A stretch of 64,000 bases of DNA from Candidatus Zambryskibacteria bacterium CG10_big_fil_rev_8_21_14_0_10_42_12 (lineage in GTDB: Bacteria; Patescibacteriota; Minisyncoccia; Phycocordibacterales; 1-14-0-10-42-12), in the NCBI GenBank assembly GCA_002787695.1, contig PCXL01000013.1:31168-95167 (forward strand). Direction: 5' to 3'. Under the pieces are notes generated by a model, which did not search any database, was not told the origin of the DNA, and saw nothing but the letters and a program-made list of their open reading frames with translations. This document shows, piece after piece, positions 28,244 through 37,968 of the stretch (the stretch's first letter is position 1; the number at the start of each line of letters is the position of its first letter). Position numbers and translations under genes: made by a program.

Positions 28244-29257
28244 CTATTCTCCCTGCTTTGTCTCAGCTTTTTGTGTAGAGTGTGCTTGCACGTCCACTTC
28301 GTAACTTGTGTTTTGTGCTTCAAAAAAGTTTACGAGTTCAAATACATCTGTTGCAATACTCATCCATTTTGCTGGATTAGTTGCATTGTAGTACTTACCA
28401 AGTCCAAGCTCCTCAAGACGTCTATCAGCCACATACTGCACATACTGATTCACGTAGTCTGCATTGAGTCCCAAGATTCCGTTTGGAAACAGATCTTTGT
28501 TATATGCAGTTTCGAGATTTACACCCTCAACTACAATTTGTTTAATCTCAGCTGCAAATTCCGGAGTCACGAGACTAGGATTTTCTTCAAGAATATTGAG
28601 AATGAGATTGATACCAAACTGAAGATGAAGTGATTCGTCACGAAGCACCCAGTTAATCATTGAACCGAAGTTACGAAGTTTATTTCGCTGGCGGAATGAC
28701 AGTGCAACCATAAAGCCTGAGTAAAACCAGATACCCTCCATAACAATATTTGTCGCAACCAAGTTTCGGATAAAGTCCTGCTTACCTTCTGTAGTTTCAA
28801 TATCAAGCGTTTCCTCCGTCATGCGGCGCATGTACTTGTTGATATAATCTTCTTTTGCTTTCATAGAAGGAGTTTCAAGGTGTAGCTGGAAAATATGTTC
28901 TCTGTCAAACGGAAATGTATTGAGCACATATTCAAAGGCAACACAGTGGTTTGCTTCTTCCCACATTTGCTTTGCAAGATATAGGTGACATTCTGGCGCT
29001 TTGACGTACTGATATACACCGAGCGCAAGTGAGCGATTTACAATAAGCTCAGCCGGATTAAAGAACGCCATCAAGAATTTCACCGCATGACGTTCATCAT
29101 CTGTCATAGTTTGCCAATCTGTTAAATCGTCCTTGAGTGCAATTTCGTGTGGGAACCACGTATTTCGAACTGCCTGATGATAGAGATCATATGCCCATTG
29201 ATAATTAATGGGATGAAGATTCATGTCATCTGGTGTAGCTTTTCCAATGAGTGCCAT
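28244..29257 (-). CDS. nrdB: Ribonucleotide reductase class Ia beta subunit
   Basis: Ferritin-like di-iron ligands (EEANH, E..H) and the tyrosyl radical region. Confidence 0.88.
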   Translation of the reverse strand: MALIGKATPDDMNLHPINYQWAYDLYHQAVRNTWFPHEIALKDDLTDWQTMTDDERHAVKFLMAFFNPAELIVNRSLALGVYQYVKAPECHLYLAKQMWEEANHCVAFEYVLNTFPFDREHIFQLHLETPSMKAKEDYINKYMRRMTEETLDIETTEGKQDFIRNLVATNIVMEGIWFYSGFMVALSFRQRNKLRNFGSMINWVLRDESLHLQFGINLILNILEENPSLVTPEFAAEIKQIVVEGVNLETAYNKDLFPNGILGLNADYVNQYVQYVADRRLEELGLGKYYNATNPAKWMSIATDVFELVNFFEAQNTSYEVDVQAHSTQKAETKQGE

Positions 29258-29349
29258 AATTTTATGATTAGTTATTGCTAATAGAAAGATGGAAATATTG
29301 ATTCACATGCATGCAATTTTTCTTTTTTCCTTCTTTACTTAATAAATTC

Positions 29350-32148
29350 CTATTGACAACTATCACACTGAGCACGTTCTGCCGGATCTATAGGACAAAC
29401 CTGCACAGCATTACCTTTATTTATAATTTCTTCAGGTTTTTTCTCTACGTGTTGAGGCGTCGATTGTGTTGTCTCTTGCGCAGCGACTTGCGCAACAGGT
29501 GCCTGTGGTTGCACCCCTCCAAAACCCTTGAAACCAACCGAAGCAACTGCGATAGGGTCTGCAAGTTTCTCAACTACTTTCGCTTCCATTACTTGTGTAT
29601 CTCGTGTTTCTATAACAGCACCGAATCCCTTTCCGGACACCTCAACTGTCTTATCTTCCTCGATAATAGCTACGATCGGCATCTCTTTTGTCTCTGCAGT
29701 AATAGTTGAAAATGGGCTTGGTGTTGGTTTTTTATCTTCTTCCTTTTCAGAGTCTACTGCCTGAGCAGATACGAGCCCACCAAAACCAATTCTTCCAATG
29801 TTTTCACCCTTATTTACCTTAATGGTTGACTGCTCTGCTGAATGGCGCGGTTTCATGTGGAGATAGTAGGTGGTTTTTAATCCTTTACCCCATGCCGTCG
29901 AATAAATCTTCATAGTCTCATCAATATCACGAGTTTCGAGATACATGTTGCGAGAAATTGCTTGATCAATCCACTTGTTTGCTCGTGCTGCCACTTCTAT
30001 AAATGCGTACGGCGAAGTTCCAAATGATGTTTTATATACATCTCGAATATGATGCGGGATTTCATCTATTTCAGAAATATCACCTCGATTTGCAAGAACC
30101 TGATCTCGTACAGTATCCCAAATACCAAGGTTTTTAAGATCCTTTACAAGGTTATGGTTGATATCGACATATTTTCCAGAAAACTTATTGCGAGAAAAGA
30201 TCTGAGCGAATCGTGGATCCATACCTGGCGTAGTACCTGCCACAAGTCCAATATTGGCATTTGGCGCCACTGCCATGAGTGTTGCGTTTCTCATGCCACT
30301 CTTTACTTTGGCACGGAGTACATTCCAATCGAGCCCCTTGTGCTTGCTATCTTTGGCAACAGAGACAACTACCTTTCGATCAGCTTCCAGGTGTTCAAGC
30401 GTATCAATCGGCACCATACCCTTTGACCATCCTGATCCCTCATAGTTCTTGTATGATCCGCGAACTTTTGCAAGGTTTGCACTCTCGTCAATTGCCATGT
30501 AACTGATAAATTCGAATATTCTGTCAGCAAAATCCCATGCATGTTCCGAATCATAGGCCATACCAAGCTGTTCAAGCGTATCGGTAAATCCCATCACGCC
30601 AAGACCGACAGCACGATTATTTACATCTGAGTTTGAAGCTTCTTTGATCGGTAGAGCATTGATATCGATAAGATTATCGAGATGTCTCACTGCAGTTCGC
30701 ACTGTCTCCTCAAGACGTGGCCAATTAATTTCTCTGTGCGTGATGTGTGCTGCCAAGTTGATAGACGCGAGGTTGCACACAGCAATATTATCCTTGTCTT
30801 GTGGCAAACAGATTTCCGTACAGAGGTTAGACATATGAATCGTACCGGTGTTGTTGTTGAGCGCTCGAAGATTAACCGTATCTTTCCATGTAAGCCATGG
30901 ATGAGATGTCGTCTGTAATGAAATGAGCATTTTTCGGAACAGTTCTCGTGCGGGCATTTTCTTCCACATCTTCATTTCGCCGCGCTCTGCTTTTTCACAA
31001 TATTCCTGATATCGCTTACTAAATGCACTACCGTATAACTCAATCAGGTCTGCTACTTCTTTTGGATCGAAGAGATACCATGTGTCACCTTGATGTACAC
31101 GCTTCATAAATTCATCAGATATATACGCTGCAGTGTTTGCCGTTCTCATGCGCATATAGTCGTCCCCTGCATTATGTTTCCAATCAATAAATTCTGGAAA
31201 ATCATAATGCCAGTTCTCCATATAGAAACAGAGCGCACCCATCTTTTTACCCCCTCTCACAATAGCGCGAATAGCAGTATCCATGATCTTGGCAAATGGT
31301 GTTGGTCCGCTCGATTTCGTATTTGTCGACGAAAGAACAGATCCTGTCGCACGCAATTTTGTCACTGACACACCAATACCGCCTGTTGCTTTTGAGATAA
31401 TCATCACATCAGATACAGATTTTGCTATGTGTGCCATATCATCTTCAACCTGAATCAAGAAGCAGTTGGCAAGTGCTGGGTTATTTGTACCGGCGCCCAC
31501 GTTTGTAGAGCCGCCCGCAATATATTCATGTCGAGATAATTTGTTATAAAACTTCTTTGCCATCTCTGTTGGGTTTTCTTCATTATAAGAAAGGCCCATC
31601 GCCACACGCATAAAGAAGTATTGTGGTGTTTCCCCTATCGAACCGTCTCGGTTTTTTAATGAATATCTGTCTGATAGTGTTGAGAGTCCTGCGTAGACAA
31701 AAATATTGTCTCGATCGATATCAAGTGTATCTGCAAGTACATTGAGATCAAATTTATCCCTCATACGGGGATCGAGGAGTCCTTCTTCCACCCACTGCTC
31801 AACATGAGGAGCAAATCTATCCCTATGTTTCTGTCTTAAATCAAGATTGCTATCTAGATCGTAATCACCAATTACCTTTCTATATATAGTCTTTAACAAC
31901 AATCGTGTTGCTACTTTATCGTATTCAATATCATGGCTAATATTCTGAACCGCAGCATCAATCGTGGCACGGTCCATTTCTTCAGTCGTCATCCCATCAT
32001 AGAGGGTAAGTTGTGTCTCAGACGCAATTTGCGTCACCATAGACACAGGATCTGTAAGTCCTCTACAGGCGCGCTCGATTGAGCGATTAATTCTGTCAGC
32101 GTTGAAAGGTTCGCGAGTACCATCTCGCTTGGTAATGGTGATATTCAT
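29350..32148 (-). CDS. nrdA: Ribonucleotide reductase class I alpha subunit with an N-terminal ATP-cone and a long low-complexity C-terminal tail
   Basis: ATP-cone (ITKRDGTREPFNADRI), catalytic core (NLCTEI, GLGVMGF), C-terminal redox pair C-DS-C. Confidence 0.9.
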   Translation of the reverse strand: MNITITKRDGTREPFNADRINRSIERACRGLTDPVSMVTQIASETQLTLYDGMTTEEMDRATIDAAVQNISHDIEYDKVATRLLLKTIYRKVIGDYDLDSNLDLRQKHRDRFAPHVEQWVEEGLLDPRMRDKFDLNVLADTLDIDRDNIFVYAGLSTLSDRYSLKNRDGSIGETPQYFFMRVAMGLSYNEENPTEMAKKFYNKLSRHEYIAGGSTNVGAGTNNPALANCFLIQVEDDMAHIAKSVSDVMIISKATGGIGVSVTKLRATGSVLSSTNTKSSGPTPFAKIMDTAIRAIVRGGKKMGALCFYMENWHYDFPEFIDWKHNAGDDYMRMRTANTAAYISDEFMKRVHQGDTWYLFDPKEVADLIELYGSAFSKRYQEYCEKAERGEMKMWKKMPARELFRKMLISLQTTSHPWLTWKDTVNLRALNNNTGTIHMSNLCTEICLPQDKDNIAVCNLASINLAAHITHREINWPRLEETVRTAVRHLDNLIDINALPIKEASNSDVNNRAVGLGVMGFTDTLEQLGMAYDSEHAWDFADRIFEFISYMAIDESANLAKVRGSYKNYEGSGWSKGMVPIDTLEHLEADRKVVVSVAKDSKHKGLDWNVLRAKVKSGMRNATLMAVAPNANIGLVAGTTPGMDPRFAQIFSRNKFSGKYVDINHNLVKDLKNLGIWDTVRDQVLANRGDISEIDEIPHHIRDVYKTSFGTSPYAFIEVAARANKWIDQAISRNMYLETRDIDETMKIYSTAWGKGLKTTYYLHMKPRHSAEQSTIKVNKGENIGRIGFGGLVSAQAVDSEKEEDKKPTPSPFSTITAETKEMPIVAIIEEDKTVEVSGKGFGAVIETRDTQVMEAKVVEKLADPIAVASVGFKGFGGVQPQAPVAQVAAQETTQSTPQHVEKKPEEIINKGNAVQVCPIDPAERAQCDSCQ

Positions 32149-32319
32149 AGGCGAAGCACCGGATTATGTTTATTTTTCTTTTTCAAGAAAAATAAATACT
32201 ATTAAAGGACTTATATTTTAGCTCTGAATGGAACATCGTTTCTTGTGGATTACACAGCAGGAAACGTGAGGCGGAAAATGCAAACACGACACATAGAATA
32301 AACCCTTATTGAGCGATTT

Positions 32320-32793
32320 TTACTGTGAACTTTTTATGAAGTTTACGGTATCCCCAATATTCATAAATGAGGAAACACCCTCAGCGACTTCTAATACGTA
32401 CATAACAGGTTCCGGAGAGACAAAACTTTGCGGATATGTCTCTGGTGATACATGTCTGTGAATTCCAACAATCTTTCGATTCTTATCAATCCACACAATA
32501 TCTATGGAAAAGCGCATGTCCTTCATCCAAAAAGATCTTGGAGCCGACTCTTCGAATATAAAAAGCATCCCTGTACGTTCAGACAACGACTCTTTGCCGG
32601 ATAACCCTTTAATTCTCTCTGCGTCAGTATCAGCAACGTCAACTTGAAATGTAGTATTGCGAATTTCTACAGCTGAAATATCACTCACGTCTATTTCTTT
32701 TTCACACGAAGGGCAAGGTCTTGCTATAAACAAAGCAAGTATCACGACGATACCTGCTCCAATCAACAACAGTATTTTAGCTATGCGTATCAT
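32320..32793 (-). CDS. DUF192-domain protein (COG1430)
   Basis: FWMKDMRFSIDIVWID core typical of DUF192. N-terminal TM anchor. Confidence 0.55.
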   Translation of the reverse strand: MIRIAKILLLIGAGIVVILALFIARPCPSCEKEIDVSDISAVEIRNTTFQVDVADTDAERIKGLSGKESLSERTGMLFIFEESAPRSFWMKDMRFSIDIVWIDKNRKIVGIHRHVSPETYPQSFVSPEPVMYVLEVAEGVSSFMNIGDTVNFIKSSQ

Positions 32794-32795
32794 TA

Positions 32796-32948
32796 GCGCT
32801 TTTTAGGCACATGCTTCAAAAGCATGATGACACCGATCACAATCAAAATAATCGGCCAAAGAGTGTTTGATGTCAGTTCAGGAAACCACCCCACTTCTCC
32901 ACCGAGCCAATAAACTCCAAAAAATATAAGTACAAGAGATATGAGCAT
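32796..32948 (-). CDS. Small membrane protein (50 aa, MLISLVLIFFGVYWLGGEVGWFPELTSNTLWPIILIVIGVIMLLKHVPKKR) translationally coupled to the DUF192 gene
   Basis: ATG at 32948. Its TAA stop overlaps the downstream ATG as TAATG. Two TM helices. Below the ORF-track cutoff. Confidence 0.35.
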
Positions 32949-33060
32949 AATAATTATTTAGAAATACTAATGATGTATTTTTAGTATAGCGGATTGAGAA
33001 AAAAGTGATGTGGACAAGAAAACACAAGTGGTTAGGTGTCAGAGTGTTAGGTACTAGTAC

Positions 33061-33087
33061 AATGCCGCGCCTATGGCGCGGCATTGA
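33061..33087 (-). terminator. Hairpin terminator downstream of the cupin gene
   Basis: aatgccgcgcc-tatg-gcgcggcatt. Confidence 0.5.
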
Positions 33088-33123
33088 AAATACGTACAGC
33101 TTCAAGCGAGAAGCTAAAAGTAT

Positions 33124-33501
33124 CTAGTGACCTTCTGCCTCCTCTGCTTCCGCTTTAGTAGCATGAATCGTTCCTTCCGGATGCTCTGCGGGAGAATAGA
33201 TACTGTAAAGCTTCATGTCTTCTCCTCCTGTATTTACAACATTGTGCTCTGTTCCTGCAGGAATCACAATTGCGAAATCGTCTTCAACCTCATATTCTTG
33301 GCCACCCAAAATAGCCTTCCCTTTCCCTTGTTCAATACGAAGAAATTGATCCCCCTCGTGCACTTCCATGCCAATATCCTCTCCCGGCTTTAGACTCATT
33401 ACAGTCAATTGACTCTGTCGTTTTGGCCCAGTGTGAAGCACCTTACGAAAATTAGTGTTTTCCTTTGTTGCGTCTTCAATATTTGTTACTAAAGGTTCCA
33501 T
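33124..33501 (-). CDS. Cupin-domain protein
   Basis: Cupin_2 motifs: G..MEVHEGDQFLRIEQGKG ... PAGTEHN. Confidence 0.6.
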   Translation of the reverse strand: MEPLVTNIEDATKENTNFRKVLHTGPKRQSQLTVMSLKPGEDIGMEVHEGDQFLRIEQGKGKAILGGQEYEVEDDFAIVIPAGTEHNVVNTGGEDMKLYSIYSPAEHPEGTIHATKAEAEEAEGH

Positions 33502-33565
33502 GATTCAAAAAAATAGTTAGCTACCAATATGTTCATTATAACATAGAGCGTTTTGAATCATCTTT

Positions 33566-33690
33566 TGCGGAGAGGGAGGGACTACGAACCACTGGGAAAC
33601 CCTCGGTTTTCCCAAACCTTCCTCCACGGGAAACTCCCGTTTCCAGACCCCTTCCCGTTCGAATCCCAAAGGGTTCCGCTTTCGTAAACT
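33566..33690. ncRNA. Structured tRNA-like element of uncertain strand and identity. It repeats the 3'-terminal ~22 nt of the adjacent tRNA-Ser and carries a GTTCGAATCC T-loop-like motif
   Basis: gcggagagggagggactacgaacc at 33567-33590 against gcggagagggggagattcgaactcc at 33694-33718. Nested GGGAAA/TTTCCC helices. The termini can pair (GCGGAG / TTCCGC). Confidence 0.25.
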
Positions 33691-33694
33691 CAAG

Positions 33695-33781
33695 CGGAGA
33701 GGGGGAGATTCGAACTCCCGGTACGGTTGCCCGTACGCCACGTTTCCAGCGTGGTACATTCGACCACTCTGTCACCTCTCC
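33695..33781 (-). tRNA. tRNA-Ser (anticodon GGA), type II with a long variable arm
   Basis: Reverse complement folds as GGAGAGG acceptor, 3-bp D stem, CCACG-CTGGAAA-CGTGG anticodon arm, variable arm GTACGG-GCAA-CCGTAC, T arm GGGAG-TTCGAAT-CTCCC, CCTCTCC acceptor, discriminator G. CCA is not encoded. Confidence 0.85.
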
Positions 33782-33865
33782 CTAAATCCGCCCAAGGACA
33801 GATCGGGCGAACAATTTGTTATAACAAATTGTTTTAGCCAAGAACAACCAAATTCTATGTATTTT

Positions 33866-34684
33866 TTAACTAAACAACCCAGCAACTACTTGGAGTAACG
33901 CCTTTACTTGAGCAATCAACCTATTGATTACACTCTGATCTGTTTCTCCTGTTGCCACCTGTTCTGTCGTTGTCTCAAAGGTAAACGAAATATTTTTGAG
34001 GGCTCCTACTTCCCCGTCACGCATTGCCACAAACGTAAAGAGGAGTCCCTCCTGAGTAGAATGGTTTTCTACAGACAATTCCAGCTTTCCGCTATCAGAA
34101 TTTGTATCAAGCTCAATTGTTTGATTGCAATTGTATCGATCACCTCGTGGAGTTATCAAAACCAAATCATTAGAGTCACAACCAACGGTGAGAGAAATAT
34201 TAGCTTTTTCGAGCGTCTTCCATTCAGTTGTTACCCGCGCCTTGGTTGGATCATTTTGACGAACAGAAATTTGAGAAAACAATGGTGTAGGTGATGTTTG
34301 TTTCATATCCAGCACTTGTTCAGCGACTGTTTCTGTCTCACCATCCATCTCTCTCACCAGTGTATATGTCACTTTTGTATCTGATTCTACATCGTATGGC
34401 ATTATTTTTAGACGGCCACCTTCTCCTGGATTTGGAATTGCGTATGATTCACCACATGATACAACTGCTCCTGTTTCTTCTAGGAAAAATTTTGCATCTG
34501 CATTACATGAAATATTAAGATTGAGTTGTGATCCTTCTGGAATAGAATACCCAAAAACAACAGCTCCTTCCGTCGTTGTCTCTGTTTTAACAGCAGAACC
34601 AATGTTGAGATTGCCTTGCGCGCTCGATACAGCTGGCGCAAGCAGAAGCGAGAATCCAAGTGTGATATACAAAAGATACTTCAT
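33866..34684 (-). CDS. Secreted hypothetical protein (signal peptide, Thr/Glu-rich)
   Basis: MKYLLYITLGFSLLLAPAVSSAQG signal peptide. No recognizable domain. Confidence 0.4.
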   Translation of the reverse strand: MKYLLYITLGFSLLLAPAVSSAQGNLNIGSAVKTETTTEGAVVFGYSIPEGSQLNLNISCNADAKFFLEETGAVVSCGESYAIPNPGEGGRLKIMPYDVESDTKVTYTLVREMDGETETVAEQVLDMKQTSPTPLFSQISVRQNDPTKARVTTEWKTLEKANISLTVGCDSNDLVLITPRGDRYNCNQTIELDTNSDSGKLELSVENHSTQEGLLFTFVAMRDGEVGALKNISFTFETTTEQVATGETDQSVINRLIAQVKALLQVVAGLFS

Positions 34685-34772
34685 AACAATTTAAATTAAC
34701 CTAGTCTGCTTATTCTAACATGAGATAATAAGCATGACACTCAGGTATACCAAGGTTCAACCTTTGTAATAA

Positions 34773-35672
34773 TTAAATCGACATACCGCGTAAGGCTACA
34801 ATTCTTTCCTGTGTCGGTGGATGCGTCATAAACATTTTCTCGAAAAATCCTGCTTCACGTGTTTTATCTCCACCAAACGGATTTGAAATATACATATGTG
34901 CCGTTGCATGACTCGCCCGCTTCATAGGGCGACTGTAGGCCTCTATTTTCTGTAAAGCCCCTGCGAGTCCTTCTGGATAACGTGTAAGAAGTGCACCTGT
35001 CGCATCTGCTAAAAATTCACGTTTTCGAGAGATCGCAAGTTGAATAAGTGTTGCGATAATGGGCGACAGGATCATAAGGGCAATACCCACAATCACAAGC
35101 CACCCACCCGCTTTATTGTCTCTGTCTCCACCACCAAACCAAAGCGATCGCGTAAACATATCAGAGAGAATCGCAATAAATCCAACAAGCACCACAACAA
35201 TTGTCTGGAGCAAAATGTCTCTGTTGCCGATATGAGCGAGTTCGTGCGCCACCACTCCTTCAAGCTCATTGCGCTCTAAAATTTCTATAAGTCCAGTCGT
35301 GACTGCAACCACTGCATGTTCTTTGTTTCTACCAGTGGCAAATGCGTTCGGCACCGAGTCTTTGATGACGTAGAGTTTCGGCATCGGAAGTCCTGCAGTT
35401 ATCGCGAGATTTTCGGTAACCGTATAAAGATCAAAATATTCTTCGCGCGTAGCAGGCTTGGCCCCCGACATTTTTAAAACAATCTTGTCCGAAAACCAAT
35501 ACGAGAAAAAATTCATAAAAAGTGAGAACGCTACAGCAATATAGAGAATAGTTGAATCACCATAAAACTGGGCCAAAAACCAGCCAATGGCGATAATAAT
35601 CACCAAAAAAACCGCCATGAGCATCCAGGTTTTCCAAACATTTTTAGACTGCTGCGTGTAGAGTGTAGCCAC
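34773..35672 (-). CDS. htpX: Zinc metalloprotease HtpX (M48)
   Basis: HELAHIGNRD HExxH motif. Four TM helices. Confidence 0.85.
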   Translation of the reverse strand: MATLYTQQSKNVWKTWMLMAVFLVIIIAIGWFLAQFYGDSTILYIAVAFSLFMNFFSYWFSDKIVLKMSGAKPATREEYFDLYTVTENLAITAGLPMPKLYVIKDSVPNAFATGRNKEHAVVAVTTGLIEILERNELEGVVAHELAHIGNRDILLQTIVVVLVGFIAILSDMFTRSLWFGGGDRDNKAGGWLVIVGIALMILSPIIATLIQLAISRKREFLADATGALLTRYPEGLAGALQKIEAYSRPMKRASHATAHMYISNPFGGDKTREAGFFEKMFMTHPPTQERIVALRGMSI

Positions 35673-35731
35673 AAAATAAGCTTATAACTTTTATCTTACA
35701 GCTTCAAGCTTTCTTCAATCAATTAGTATTT

Positions 35732-37285
35732 TCACCAACTTCCTCCCCCGCCTCCACCAGCTCCGCCACCTGAACTACCGCCACCTCCAGAAGCACTCGT
35801 GCCAGACGATGTTGCGAGTGAGCTTGAAAACGCACTCATGTCGCTACTAAATGCTGTCGCAGAAAACGCACCTGCTGTGCCACCTTCATACCACGTTGGG
35901 TCAGGAATAATCATATCGTCGAATACCTTTGCCCATTCTTTCTCCACACCAAAGGCAATAGCGTACGGCAAATATTCCAAAAATTGTTCAGAATTTTTCT
36001 GTGGTGCATTGTGAAATTTAAACCGATCTTTTCCTGTAACCGAGAGAAATTCCTTAAACCCTTTCAAGTGATTCATTGCTTCGTATCCTTTTCGTGTCCT
36101 GCGCGTAAGTAATCCAGCATCTTCAAAATATCCTTCCTTTTTCATGTCATCCTTCAATTCTTTTGTAAGATCTCTAAGAATTGTAGAATTGAGACGCCTC
36201 TGTGACATATTTTTCTTCAACTCTGAAAGAGTCACTGTATTCCCTTTATTTGTTCGCTCACCAAAAAGTAGCTTAAATGACTTAAGTAAAAATTGGTCGA
36301 CTATCTCGTCACGAGATTTGAGTGTCTCGATTTCATAATCGTCTATTGGAAAGAATAAGAATTTCTTTTCTGTTTTTGTAATTTTCAAAATTCCTTGTTC
36401 TGCTAAATACACAATCGCCGCGGTAATATCATGAGTATGGAGTGTGTTGTCTACCAACATTCCTGCGTATAGTGGATTTATACGATTATATGGTTCATAT
36501 TCTGGAATAATGGGACCGTGTATTTTATGCTTGGTTAACACTCGATATGTCCATACCGGCAATGCAACAAACATGATTATGAAAAGAAGCGGTATGAGCC
36601 AAAGAAAATTGAATGCTTCCAATATGACAACCGGCATATTGGGGCTAAGTGACTGCGCAACCGTCAACCCTTCTCTGCTACCCATGTTTTGCCCGATGAA
36701 TATTGCAATATTTTCAAAAGATGCCGAGTCACATCGTGCATTACTTCTCTCAACACCGATATAACACACCTGATCCACACCCAACACGCCTTGTGGCGCA
36801 TTTATTTCTATACGTGCATTTTCTATTGAAACAGGCCATTCGTTACCAGTGGCATTCCAATAGAGTTCGACTATATCGTTTGTCTTAAATAGCGCACCTT
36901 CTACCTCATAAACAATCGTGTATGTATGCGGACCGGTTATTGTTTTGTCCGGGTCTCCTATTTTTATCTCAATATTTTTTCCTGGTGTGGAGATGTTATA
37001 AGGAACTTGTTCTCCATCCATGAGCACTGACTCCACCTCAATATCTATATACCGATCCTTGTACCAAGCACTTGCATCCTGCGGATGATTTGTGGGAATA
37101 GTACGGAAAATACCGTGCCTTTGTGCACTTTCAAAATCATAGAGAATTTCTTCTGTTACCGTAAAAGAACCGTCATCACGAAGATCAATGTATACATCAA
37201 AATTTCCTATCACTTCTGCTGAAACAGAAAAAGGAAGTAGTCCAAGCCATCCAAAAACAATAATCTTGAAAAGAATATTCATCAA
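35732..37285 (-). CDS. DUF2207-family membrane protein with a C-terminal Gly/Ser-rich tail
   Basis: Signal peptide, large extracytoplasmic domain, TM helices, SGGGGSSGGGAGGGGGGSW tail. Sits next to LemA as usual for this family. Confidence 0.5.
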   Translation of the reverse strand: MMNILFKIIVFGWLGLLPFSVSAEVIGNFDVYIDLRDDGSFTVTEEILYDFESAQRHGIFRTIPTNHPQDASAWYKDRYIDIEVESVLMDGEQVPYNISTPGKNIEIKIGDPDKTITGPHTYTIVYEVEGALFKTNDIVELYWNATGNEWPVSIENARIEINAPQGVLGVDQVCYIGVERSNARCDSASFENIAIFIGQNMGSREGLTVAQSLSPNMPVVILEAFNFLWLIPLLFIIMFVALPVWTYRVLTKHKIHGPIIPEYEPYNRINPLYAGMLVDNTLHTHDITAAIVYLAEQGILKITKTEKKFLFFPIDDYEIETLKSRDEIVDQFLLKSFKLLFGERTNKGNTVTLSELKKNMSQRRLNSTILRDLTKELKDDMKKEGYFEDAGLLTRRTRKGYEAMNHLKGFKEFLSVTGKDRFKFHNAPQKNSEQFLEYLPYAIAFGVEKEWAKVFDDMIIPDPTWYEGGTAGAFSATAFSSDMSAFSSSLATSSGTSASGGGGSSGGGAGGGGGGSW

Positions 37286-37319
37286 AAATTAGACATCTTC
37301 AGATGCGCAATAACAATGC

Positions 37320-37889
37320 TTAGAAACTAACCTTTACCGGATCTTTTGCAGCCTGTTCGTCTTCGCCAAGCTCAAAGAATTCGTGTTTGTAGAATTTAAA
37401 CATGTTAGCAATCATGTTTGACGGGAATGACTCAATCATAGTGTTGATATCACGCACGTTACCATTGTAGAAGCGACGAGCTGCCTGGATTTTGTTTTCA
37501 GTATCTGACAATTCCTGTTGCAATTTTGCAAAGTTTTCGTTTGCTTTGAGGTCCGGATACGCCTCGGCAACTGCAAAGAGAGACTTGAGTGTACCTGAGA
37601 GCATATTTTCTGCCTTTGCCATTTCTGCTGGATTGCCGGATTGCTCCGCACCCATAGCAGCAGCACGTGCACGTGTTACGTTCTCAAATGCTTCCCTCTC
37701 ATGTGTTGCATACCCCTTTACAGTTTCAACAAGATTTGGGATGAGGTCATATCGACGCTTCAATTGCACGTCAATATCTGCCCACGCTTCTTCTGTACGG
37801 TTTCGAAGCGCTACGAAGCGATTATAGGTGTAAATGATGTACACAACCAAAACCGCAAGAACAATGAGGATTATAAGAATTGGATTCAT
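37320..37889 (-). CDS. lemA: LemA-family membrane protein
   Basis: N-terminal TM followed by YNRFVALRNRTEEAWADIDVQLKRRYDLIPNLV, the LemA signature. Confidence 0.8.
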   Translation of the reverse strand: MNPILIILIVLAVLVVYIIYTYNRFVALRNRTEEAWADIDVQLKRRYDLIPNLVETVKGYATHEREAFENVTRARAAAMGAEQSGNPAEMAKAENMLSGTLKSLFAVAEAYPDLKANENFAKLQQELSDTENKIQAARRFYNGNVRDINTMIESFPSNMIANMFKFYKHEFFELGEDEQAAKDPVKVSF

Positions 37890-37968
37890 GAATGCGTAAT
37901 TACCTGAAATTATTAATCTTTTTTATTATACCACGCAAAAACCGCACTCTGAAGTGCGGTTTTCTTTT

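Noticed and set aside
32149-32319. NrdR box or cobalamin riboswitch upstream of nrdA
   Set aside because: No convincing NrdR palindromes were found. nrdAB is class Ia (tyrosyl radical R2 present), so a B12 element is not expected.
33517-33775. ORF-track ORFs 33517-33759 and 33536-33775 (minus strand)
   Set aside because: They overlap tRNA-Ser and the tRNA-like element. Their composition is G/P/R-rich read-through of structured RNA, not protein.
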